Positions 26,471-37,110 of a DNA stretch of 64,000 bases are shown here, in pieces. A model generated the notes under the pieces. It saw only the letters and a list, made by a program, of their open reading frames with translations. It ran no database searches and was not told where the DNA came from. This DNA is from Squalus acanthias (lineage: Eukaryota), in contig CM059432.1 of NCBI GenBank assembly GCA_030390025.1, forward strand, positions 147,872,001 through 147,936,000, written 5' to 3'. The translations under genes were made by a program, and so were the position numbers. The first letter of the stretch is position 1, and each line of letters starts with the position of its first letter.

Positions 26471-27366
26471 GGTCACAGAGCTGTTTGGTCACAGTGCTGT
26501 TTGGTCACAGTGTAGTTTGGTCACAGTGTAGTTTGGTCACAGTGTAGTTTGGTCACAGTGCTGTTTGGTCACAGTGTAGTTTGGTCACAGTGCAGTTTGG
26601 TCACAGAGCAGTTTGGTCACAGTGCAGTTTGGTCACAGAGCAGGTTGGTCACAGTGTAGTTTGGTCACAGTGCTGTTTGGTCACAGTGTAGTTTGGTCAC
26701 AGAGCAGGTTGGTCACAGTGTAGTTTGGTCACAGTGCAGTTTGGTCACAGAGCAGTTTGGTCACAGTGCAGTTTGGTCACAGAGCAGTTTGGTCACAGAG
26801 CAGTTTGGTCACAGTGCAGTTTGGTCACAGAGCAGGTTGGTCACAGTGTAGTTTGGTCACAGTGCAGTTTGGTCACAGAGCAGTTTGGTCACAGTGCAGT
26901 TTGGTCACAGAGCAGGTTGGTCACAGTGTAGTTTGGTCACAGTGCAGTTTGGTCACAGTGCAGTTTGGTCACAGAGCAGTTTGGTCACAGAGCAGTTTGG
27001 TCACAGTGTAGTTTGGTCACAGAGCAGTTTGGTCACAGAGCAGTTTGGTCACAGAGCAGGTTGGTCACAGTGCAGTTTGGTCACAGAGCAGGTTGGTCAC
27101 AGTGCAGTTTGGTCACAGTGCAGTTTGGTCACAGAGCAGTTTGGTCACAGTGCAGTTTGGTCACAGTGCAGTTTGGTCACAGAGCAGGTTGGTCACAGTG
27201 CAGTTTGGTCACAGTGCAGTTTGGTCACAGAGCAGTTTGGTCACAGAGCAGTTTGGTCACAGAGCAGTTTGGTCACAGAGCAGTTTGGTCACAGTGCAGT
27301 TTGGTCACAGTGCAGTTTGGTCACAGAGCAGTTTGGTCACAGTGCAGTTTGGTCACAGTGTAGTTG
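26471..27366. repeat. 16-bp minisatellite, about 56 units
   Basis: Unit GGTCACAG(T/A)G(C/T)AG(T/G)TT. Confidence 0.97.
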
Positions 27367-27948
27367 GGACGACTACTGTGTTGGCATGACCGCTGAATGT
27401 GCCAGTGGTAGGGCACGATTTTGCCGTCGCTACCTAGTTTGACGGGAATTCCACACTGTGGGGGCATCTCAACATTCGGTATCCCCGGGGGGTCTTACAC
27501 ACCCGTAGATTCCCTCGTGTTCCCGCCACCATCGTGGCCAACATAACAGGTCTCTCCGTCACCTGCCGATTGAGTTGGGCTCCCCTGGGTCCCCCTAGGA
27601 TCCTCTATCTGATGGCACCTTGTGCTGTTACCTGCCTTCGCTTGAATAAACCATACACGCGGCTGACTTGTAGTCCCACTCTTACACTTTACACACATCT
27701 CCCTCCCTTCCTGGACCGCATACGTGGTTACCCGTACTATTCCAGAGCAACTTGTTTCATACATGACCTGAGATGGATCGGAGGGTAACCTCTCGAGCGG
27801 TACCTTGGGGCAAAGTTACTGGGGCAATGGTAATCTGACTGTTGCAGTTTGAACCGCCAGGCCTACTTTCATATATAAGCTCCACTGTTGTTACTATCGT
27901 TCCGCCGTAGAGCACTCTGCTACACAGCAACCAAAATAGTCTCCCCAT
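27358..27948 (-). pseudogene. env: Env-like gene, proximal fragment
   Basis: ATG 27948 just after a splice acceptor; hydrophobic start MGRLFWLLC; Cys-containing, NST sequon; frameshift near 27760-27790 and stop at 27495; lies 3' of integrase. Confidence 0.6.
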
Positions 27949-27970
27949 CTTTTCTCTGCCTTGTTCTGGC

Positions 27971-28005
27971 CTGTGGGAGAAGGGAACAAAAGCGGAGTGT
28001 TACTC
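27971..28005 (-). promoter_or_regulatory. Splice acceptor for a subgenomic env mRNA
   Basis: Minus strand: gagtaac (branch-like) actccgcttttgttcccttctcccacAG|gccagaacaaggcagagaaaagATG. Confidence 0.65.
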
Positions 28006-28057
28006 CCGGTCCTGCATCCCTTCACCCTACCATCGGCTACTCAGGCTCTATACTAAC

Positions 28058-28286
28058 TGACATAAGAAAACTACTAGGCACTTGGTCTAAGCGTTAAACA
28101 AAGCTTTAATCAATTGTTTTACAACATGGAGGTCTAGTTGTGTCCTTCACTGGTTCCTGTTAAAGAATGTCCTGAGCAAGCTGGGCCCATGCCCGAGTAT
28201 TTATACTCTCCCTGGACAGCGCCACCAGCAGGCCACTCAGTATTATTTCATAAGTCATTTCCACATGAATGACAAGATTCATGTCA
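28058..28286 (-). mobile_element. Solo LTR (copy 2) inserted between pol and env
   Basis: TGACAT...ATGTCA; flanks CTAAC/TTAAC; minus-strand TATAAA and ATTAAA; no polypurine tract adjacent. Confidence 0.85.
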
Positions 28287-28290
28287 TTAA

Positions 28291-31200
28291 CTATTCGCTA
28301 TCCCGCCTTGGCTGCTCCTGGGGCTGTTGCCTCAGATTGTAACCATACTGTACCTGGGGAGGCGCCGCGCCAGGCAGAGGTACCTCATTGGGTGGGGGTG
28401 CCGCATTAGGCACCCCTTCTCCATCATCCCATTGGAGAGGATGAGTCAGCCTCGCCATGCTCATGATCCTGGCTTGCTGTCTTCTTGACCTGCTGGTGGG
28501 CTGAAAAAGCTTCATCTGGTTAATGTGAAACCATTTAGTTTTCTTTGGTAGTTGTACCACGTACACCATAGGACTAGCTTTGTCGACAATGCTAATTGGC
28601 CCCTTGTAGAGGGGTTCAAAGACTCTCACCCTCGCATAATTTCGTACCATCACCTGGCTTCCTACTTCTCGCTCCTGGGGTTTACTCGGAGCCAAGTGTA
28701 GCCAGTTGCGTTGCTGTGAATTCCCGTTGTTGTGGGCGGCCCTCAGGGGACCCTCCTTTAAAGTTTCCCAAAGGATGCTCTGGAATTTATCCCTGGTCAC
28801 CTCCTCCGCCTGCCTGTCTGTCAAAGTGGGGACCAACAGATGTGTGGGGGTTCGCATGGGTCTCCCCGTTACCAATTCATGTGGGGAGTGACCCGTTCCT
28901 TTGGACTCTTTACTGCGTATTCCCACAAGGATTAGGGGAAGTCCCTCATCCCACCTGGTGGGGTTTTCATTCAGTTCTTTACGCTGAGCCAATTTCAATG
29001 TACGGTTCATTCGTTCCACAATTCCCGATGACTGGGGATTGTGAGCCATGTGCCATTTCCCTTCAATCCCAAACAATTGCAGAGTGGCCTGCATCACCTG
29101 ACCTGTGAAATGAATCCCTTGGTCTGATTCTACCACTCGAGGGAGCCCCCATCTGGAAAATACCTCCCTAACTAGGATCTTGGCCGTCCACAATGCTGTG
29201 GCCGACTTGCACGGGAAGGCTTCCACCCACTTGGTAAAATTGTCCACTAGGACTAGACAATACTTATTGCCCTTCTTGGTGGTAGGCAGCGGTCCATTAA
29301 AGTCTATCTGAACACACTGCCACGGTCCCTCAGACCGACGGGGATGTCCTAGAGGAGCCTTTTTCTTGTGCAGGTCGGGATTGTTAGCTACGCATACCAA
29401 ACAATTTTTACAGAAATCCTCTACGTCTTCCCTCAGGTGAGGACACCATCCCATTTCCTCCACCTGTTTCCAGTTCGTCTCCGGGCTGGGGTGTCCAGCC
29501 CCCGGTCCCCTGTGAGCTAGCTGCATGAATTCCTCTCGGTATCCTTCAGGCAAAATCCACCTATCTCCTTTAAACACATGCCTTCCCTGATCTCCACATC
29601 TCTGGCCCCGTAGGGCCCTTCCACAGGCTGGCCGGCTTCCTTGTCCTTGAGGACTGCTCTTAATATTACATCCTTTAATTGTATCATTTTAAGATCCAGA
29701 GGAAGAGGAATAGTAACAGCAGCCGCCACTACTCCCGATTGGTGCGGGTCCCGCGGGACCCCTTCCTCCGCTCCCATCCAAGCCAATTCGTCTGCCTTCC
29801 TATTTCCCTCCCATCTGGGTTCCACTATAGAATGGGCTTTGACCTTATGGATATAATATTCTTCACCTCCCCTTTCTACGACTTCCACCAATGGCTTGCC
29901 GTGGGCTGACTTGAAACCTCTCTCGGCCCAAATCGGCAGGTACTCCGTGCAAGAGTTACAGGTAAACATCAAGTCGGAACAGATTGTATAAGGCGGGGGG
30001 AATTCAGTAAGATGTGTTACCACATAGGTTACGGCTGCCAACTCCGCCTGTTGAGCACTGAGGGCGGTGGGCAGCGAAATCGCCAATTCCACCCCCTCCT
30101 GTGGGTCATAGATCCCGAACCCTGTTTTGCGTTCCCCTTACTCCACAAAACTGGACCCAGCCACATATATGTCTCGCCCCTCTGGGTGGAGGCCGGATTT
30201 AAATCCGCCGCCTGTTTCCCACACCCCTTCGACAGTACAGGTGTGGGGTTCCCCCTGATCATTGAGGCTGGCCGCTAACTTCGGGTCACTTATTGTTTTT
30301 ACCCTCAGGTCCATCCCTTCTAGTTGGAGTGTCCACCTAGCAATCCGAGTGCTCGACACCGTCCCCTCCTTAATCAGACCTTCCAACAAGAGACGGGTCG
30401 GTGTGTGATGGGCGAGGAGGGTGATGGGCTGCGTTCCGGTGAATACCGCAAAATGCTTTACTGCCCAGAAGGTGGCGAGCAAGTGCCACTCACAGGTAGA
30501 ATAGCCCTTTTCTATCTCGGATAGTACCTTGGAGCTGTAAGCTACCGGTCTCAAATGCCCATTAGCTCCTGCATAAGGACAGCGCTCAAACTGCTGTCTG
30601 TCGCCGCCACTTCTAGACAGAAGACCTTTTTTATGGTTCACAGCTCCTCGGGCCGGGGCTGTCTGTAAGTCCCTCTTCAGCTGCTCAAATGCCTCTTCGC
30701 CGTTCTCGTTCCACTCCCATTCTACTCCTTTCCTCAACAACCCTAATAAGGGAGTTACCGTGGCAGCGTAATTCTCGATGAATTCCCTACAGTAGCCTGT
30801 CAGACCCAGGAATGGCATAGGAGCGGTTACCGAACCCGGACGGTGTCATTCCTGGATCGCTTTGAGATTCGCCTCGTCTATCGCACGTTCTCCCGGTCGA
30901 AGAGTCAGTCCGAGAAACTGGACCTCTTCCTGCCCTATCTGAGCCTTCTTGGGGGTTTACTTTAAAACCTGCTGCTTTGAGCAACTCTAACAGTTCCTCC
31001 AGTAGCCCCTCATGCTCCTCCTCACTATCTGAGAACAGCAACAAGCCCTTCACGTATTGGACAAGTTGGCCTGGCTGACTGAACTCTGTCAGGCCCTTGG
31101 CCATGCACTGGTGAACAATAGACGGGCTGTTGTGGAATCCCTGTGGCAGGCAGGTCCACGTATATTGCTGCCCTTTGAAGGGAAAAGCGAACTTATTCTG

Positions 31201-32101
31201 ATCCTCCGGGTGTAAGGGAATCGACCAGAACCGCATGTCTAGTACTGTGAACACGGTCACGGGACTGGGGATATTGCCGATCAAGTCAACCACGGCGGCT
31301 ACCGTGGGAGCGCAGGCGGGAACGTTTGTATTCAGGACTCTATAATCTATTGTCATTCGCCAAGAAGCATCTGGTTTCTTGACTGGCCAAATGAGGGCAT
31401 TGACATGCGTCTCGAGGGGTCTCAGTACTCCTTGCTCCACCAGGGACGCAACTGCCTTTTCCAAATCTCTCTCCGCTTCCTTGGGGGAACGTGTATTGTT
31501 TTTGTGGCCTGGACATCGGTTCTCCCCCCACGCGCACCTCCACTCCTGCCACCCTGCCACAGTCGTGTTTGTGGGCAGTTAAAGCTTCCTTTGCATTCCG
31601 GACTACGGCTTGGTAAGTTTCGGGCGCCCTGGCCGTCAACGTTTCCGAGTCGTAAGGTCCGGCAGACGCTACCACCCCAGCTTCCCCATGTCGCGGGGGT
31701 ATTACAAGTATTTCCTCATAATTATCCACCCCATCCCACAGACAGTTGTTATCCATGTCCACTATGATATTGTGGGCCAGCATCCAGTCTGAGCCTGACA
31801 CTCCCAGCCCTGGCTGGTCCCATTTTATTAATATGCATGTCCACTTTGTTTGGAGGGGCCCTACTTTAAATCTCAAAGGTTTTGACACTGGCCCAGCCTC
31901 TGAATTGCCTGTAAAACCTCCTAGGACGTAGGGGGTTCTGCTTGACCAGGGAGACCTCATCGGGGAGGGAGAGTGGACTACCGTACTCGACGCTCCAGTG
32001 TCTACTAAATAGTCTCCTCCCTCTCCCTCTACAACGAGGTCTATGCACGGTCTTACCCAATCATCATACCTGAGTGGACACAGATCCTCGGGCCCCTTCA
32101 T
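28291..32101 (-). pseudogene. pol: Retrovirus-like pol: protease, RT, RNase H (tether-type), second RNase H, integrase
   Basis: LVDTGA; WPVKKPD.SWRMTIDYR, LPQGFHNSP, QYVKG (decayed YVDD); RPVAYSS..E..LLA; SAQQAELAA, SD, KVKAH...GNRKADELA; H-x6-H...CxxC, IDF.GP, SDQG, VERMNRTLK, YKGP. Several frameshifts; integrase ORF 28291-29577 open. Confidence 0.95.
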
Positions 32102-33549
32102 GCTTGGGATTCCACGCTACCTCCCCCCTTTATTGCGTGGATTTTCCCCTAATTCCCTCAGGCATTCCTTCACGCACCTGGTAACTAACGTGGTCATATC
32201 TTCTTGGCTGGGGGCAATTGGTCGGAGATCCTCCCATTTGGGGGCCTCCGACCTTCCATTCTTTGGGAGCTGACAGCTGCGTGCAAAGTGTCCCACACCC
32301 CCACAATTGTAACATTCCCATCCCTGGGCTCCCCCTTTCTTGTTGCCACTTCCGAGTGGGCCTCCCCTTTCTCGGGTCCCTTCTCCTTCATTTCACAGAC
32401 CTTGCCTTTCGGCTTATTCATCACCCCGGTAATCTTTTTACTTACCTGCCGTGCCTCGAAACGCAGGGTCATTTTCCTCAAGACCCTGGCTTCGGTATTT
32501 GCCCCATCCTCCGGGTCAAAATCCGCCATCACAGCTTGCAAATAGGGCAGACTGTGGGAGATCAGAGTCTGCAACCAATGGTTACACGCTTCTCCGTTCA
32601 GGTCTGCTCTCCTTACCGCCCCCCTCCCCCAGAGCTGCTTTATAGGTCGGCTGTAGCCTGCCGGCGAATGCTGCCGGGTGTTCATTTGGGCCTTGCTCCA
32701 CGTCCGCCACGGCCTGAAAAGGATCTCCTTTTCCTTGCCCCATCACCTGGGCAACCCTCGACTTCAACGCCTCATAAGTGCCTTCCCCCGTTTTGCTCTC
32801 CGGTGGGAGACCGGCAAAGACACTGGGACTTAGGGTGAATAGCAGCAAGCGCTTGTTCTCCTCCGCATCCAGGCCGTTCAGAGCGGCCATCTGTTCTACC
32901 TCCAGATAATGCCCTTGGGGGGTCCCCACCCTTCTCCAAATTCTTCAAATCACAAGACATTTTTCTTAACTCTATCGTATTACATGGGAGCTCAAATTCC
33001 CGATCTAACGCACCCCGATCCCCTCCCCTTTCGCCAGGCACCAAGTACCGCCTTTGGCGCATCGGGTTCATGGGTGGAGGCCGACCTCCCTCCGGGGGGG
33101 CATTCCCTGGTCCCTTATCCGATTTTTCATCACCCCCTTCATCAACTTCACTATCACTTTCTTCACTATTCTGTCCATCCTACCCGAACGAGGGGGCCAC
33201 GGCCCATACAATGCCTCTTTGAATCTGCAACTTCTCCTCCAAATCCCTAATCCGCTTATTACATTCATTGTGGTCCCCATGAGCACTCCGTTCCTCTAGA
33301 GTCTGTTTCTGGGTGACCCTAAATGTAACCTTCAGGTCCTCGTTAACCTTTTCTGCCTGCTCTGACCGGTGTCTCTGCTTGGACGCCTCCTCCGACCAGG
33401 CATCACGCTGATCCTGGTTATTTATACATTGGCTCTCAAGGTACAGTCCCTTATTACACCATCTCTCCTTTGCCTTTTCAAACTTCTCCGCAAGCCTTTT
33501 CCTACTTTCCCTTTCTTCTTCTAATTCCCTCAGAAGTCGGTTTACCACT
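32098..33549 (-). pseudogene. gag: gag, 5'-truncated: coiled coil, capsid/MHR-like region, CCHC zinc knuckle
   Basis: Charged coiled-coil ORF to 33180; QGPNEHPAAFAGRL; CYNCGGVGHFARSC at 32314-32273; TGA at 32100-32098. Confidence 0.85.
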
Positions 33550-33550
33550 G

Positions 33551-34098
33551 ATACAAAAGCAAAATACTGCGGATGCTGGAAATCTGAAATAAAAACAGAA
33601 AATGCTGGAAACACTCAGCAGGTCAGGCAGCATCTGTGGAGAGAGAAACAGAGTTAACGTTTCAGGTCGATGACCCTTCGTCAGAACTGGAAAAAGCTGG
33701 AGATGGAACAGGTTTTTAAGCAAGTGTAGGGGCAGGGAGAGGGGGGAGGGGAGGAAAGAACAAAAGGGAAGGTCTGTGATAGGGTGGAAGGCAGGAGAGA
33801 TTAAGAGACAAAAGGGATGATGGTGCGAGGCAAAAGGAGATGGTAATGGAACAAGTTAAGAAACAAAAGATGACTCGAGATGAAGTGTAAATGGCGATGG
33901 CAGAATGATCGACAGCTGCCATGTGAGAGAGAGAAAAAAAAACTGTTCCAATAAAGCTCAACGTAAGCTCGAGGAACAGCACCTCATCTTTCGACTGGGC
34001 ACTTTACAGCCTTCTGGACTCAACATCGAGTTCAACAATTTCAGATCATAACCTCGGCCCCCATTCTTTTTTTTTCTTTTTTTTTCTCTCTCTCACAT
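33551..34098. mobile_element. Penelope-like insertion with inverted part (tail minus 33551-33942; GIY-YIG end plus 33943-34098)
   Basis: RKLEEQHLIFRLGTLQPSGLNIEFNNF on plus strand; tail with intact hammerhead on minus strand. Confidence 0.85.
33652..33688 (-). ncRNA. Minimal type I hammerhead ribozyme motif
   Basis: agtt-CTGACGA-agggtc atc gacct-GAAAC-GTT-aact. Confidence 0.7.
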
Positions 34099-34099
34099 A

Positions 34100-34520
34100 A
34101 GACGCTCCTTAAAACCTACCTCTTTGACTAAGCTTTTGGTCGCCTGCACTAATTTCTCCTTATGTGGCTTGGTGTCAATTTTTTTTTTATGACAGTCCTG
34201 TGAAGCGCCTTGGGATGTTTTACTACGTTAAAGGTGCTAGATAAATGCAAGTTGTTGTTGTTGCAGGAGGATTTTGTGGTCAACAATGTCAAAGGCTACA
34301 GAAAGGTCAAGAAGCACAAGGAGGGATAATGCATCACGGTCACAGTCAAAGAGGATGTGAGTGGTGATTTTAATTAGGACCATTACTGGGCTGTTGCAAG
34401 GGCGGAAACTTGATTGGAGAAATTTGAACATTTAGTTGCGGGAAAGCTGGGCACGGATTTGGGAGGCAATAACACGCTCAAGGACTTTGGAGAGGAAAGG
34501 GAGGTTGGAGATGGGGTAAT
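34100..34520. mobile_element. L2 fragments (3' tail plus; decayed RT piece minus)
   Basis: L2 tail; LLVLLDLSVAFDIVDH. Confidence 0.8.
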
Positions 34521-34863
34521 GTGGTTTCTAATACATATTCTCCAACACAGACCACGTTACAATATACCAACTATGTATGCAGATTGTGTGGCTGTGTGTG
34601 TGCTTGCGTGGGAATGAGTAAGAAGAGGAGCAAACCATAAGTAGCTCATAGCTTGGGGAAGGCCTCTGGCTTCACCATCTCCTACCCCCTTGCTGTTCTT
34701 ATAGGCAAGGTTGTTCAAGGTGGCCTATTTCAAGCCAGTCAAAAGGCTTGTGCTTTCTGAACCCTCCCCCAGTTCAAATCTATTCTCTGTATTCCCTCTA
34801 TTAAGTAACGGATTCCCACCATAAGTTCAGCGGAAATCTACCAAAACAGCCGCAAACCCTTAC

Positions 34864-35358
34864 ACAATAGCAAAATACTGCGGATGCTGGAAATCTGAAA
34901 TAACAACAGAAAATGCTGGAAACACTCAGCAGGCCAGGCGGCATCCGTGGAGAGAGAAACAGAGTTAACGTTTCAGGTCGATGACCCTTTGTCAGAACTG
35001 GAAAAAGTTAGAGATGTAACAGGTTTTAAGCAGGTGCAGAGGCAGGGAAAGGGGGGGGGGGCAGGGGAGGGAAGGAAGGAACAAGGACTGTGCTAGGATG
35101 GAAGGCAGGAGAAATAATCTTGCAAATGGGGATGGCAGAATCATCAACAGCTGCCACCTGAAAAAATGGGGGCCGAGGTTATGGTCTGAAATTGTTGAAC
35201 TCAATGTTGAGTCCAGAAGGCTGTAAAGTGCCTAATCGAAAGATGAGGTGCTGTTCCTCGAGCTTACGTTGAGCTTCATTGGAGCAGTGTAAGAGGCCGA
35301 GGACGGAGAGGTCAGAGTGGGAGTGGAGCGGAGAATTAAAGCGACAGGCGACCGGAAG
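34864..35358 (-). mobile_element. Penelope-like 3' end (GIY-YIG C-terminus and tail)
   Basis: LPVACRFNS..HS..D...R..EQHLIFRLGTLQPSGLN; hammerhead core mutated (CTGACAA). Confidence 0.85.
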
Positions 35359-36025
35359 CCGCAAACCCTTGCCGGGATGTGGATGTGCCAGTTCCCACCG
35401 TTCAGTCTCAGTTTCTGGGATGGCCTTGTGAGGGTGGAGACTCTGCCCACCCCTATAGGTGGGGAAAGGCCTGAGGACAAGTCCTCCCAGTTGGCAGTCC
35501 CTGAAGCCTGGCTCTCAGATAAGACCTGGGGGAGTATCGGCGGAGTTACACCTGATCTTCACAGGTGTACCTTGTCAACACTGGGGTTGGGGAGGGGTTG
35601 GGTAAGTAGAGCCCACATGGGGTATCAGTGTTGGGATTAGGCCGAGACCAACAAAGATCGGGGCATGTCTTAAAAATTATTTTTAATATGAAAGTGGCCT
35701 CATAAAGAGGAAGAAACTTTTTTGTATCTGCAATCTGTGAGATTTGCACCCCAACTGCAATATTTGATGCTGGAAGTGGTACAAGATGACACTGGAGCTG
35801 GACTTCCTGCGCCTGCTATTATGCCGCTGACCTGATTTGCAGGTCATAGCAACAACCAATGGAAACTCTCTCCACAGGCTCCAGGTCGGCATGGAGGCAG
35901 ATGCAAAGCTGTCCTATCTGTCGTCATGGACACTACATACAGTCTCCATCACGGAGACAGTCAAGATCATCACCAACCTCAGCTTCTATGCCATTGCCTC
36001 TTTCCAGGTTAACACAGGGTTCATC

Positions 36026-37110
36026 TGCGTGCCCATCTTTCCCGCAATTCCATGTTTGAATCCCTCCAATCAGGTTTCCGCCCTTGCCACAGTACCGAAA
36101 CGGCTCTCATCAAAGTCACAAATGACAACCTTTGTGACTGTGACAAAGGTAAACTGTCCCTCCTCGTCCTTCTCGACCTGTCTGCAGCCTTTGACACGGT
36201 TGACCACTCTATCCTCCTCCAACGCCTCTCCACCGTCGTTCAGCTGGGTGGGACTGCACTCGCCTGGCTCCATTCTTATCTATCTAATCGTAACCAGAGA
36301 ATCACCTGCAACGGTTTCTCTTCCCGCTCCCGCATCGTTACCTCTGGTGTCCCCCCAGGGATCTATCCTTGGCCCCCTCCTATTTCTCATTTACATGCTG
36401 CTTCTTGGCAACATCATCCGAAAACACAGCGTCAGTTTCCACATGTACGCTGATGACACCCAGCTCTACCTCACCACCAATTCTCTCGACCCCTCCACGG
36501 TCTCTAAATTGTCAGACTGCTTGTCCAACATCCAGTTCTGGATGAGCAAAAATGTTCGCCAATTAATTATTGGGAAAACCGAAGCCATTGTTTTCAGTTC
36601 CGCCACAAACTCCGTTCCCTAGCCACTCTCCCTAACATCTGTCTGAGGCTGAACCACACTGTTCGCAACCTTGGTGTCATATTTGACCCTGAAATGAGTT
36701 TCCGACCACATATCCGCAGCATAACAAAGACCGCCTATTCCACCTCCGTAACATCGCCCGTCTCCGCCCTTGCCTCAGATCATCCGCTGCTGAAACCCTC
36801 ATCCATGCCTTTGTTACCTCTAGACTTGACTATTCCAACGCACTCCTGGCTGGCCTCCCACATTCCACCCTACGTAAACTTGAGGTCATCCAAAACTTGG
36901 ATGCCGAGTCCTAACTCGCACCAAGTCCCGTTCGCCCATCACCCCTGTGCTCACTGATCTCCATTGGCTCCTGGTTAAGCAACGCCTCGATTTCAAAATT
37001 CTCATCCTTGTTTTCAAATCCTCCATGGCCTCGCTCCTCCCTATCTCTGTAATCTCCTTCAGCCCCACAACCGTCCGAGATATCTGCGCTCCTCTAATTC
37101 TGGCCCTCTT
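36026..37110 (+). mobile_element. L2 RT fragment
   Basis: QSGFRPCHSTETALIKV, LLDLSAAFDTVDH, YADDTQLY. Confidence 0.95.

Noticed and set aside
25511..27366. CRISPR-like arrays
   Set aside because: Units are contiguous with no unique spacers, there are no cas genes, and the context is vertebrate.
25472..27442. Long ORFs (347 aa Ala-rich; SQCSLVTEQFGH repeats)
   Set aside because: By-products of 54-bp and 16-bp tandem repeats lacking stops; no domain or gene structure.
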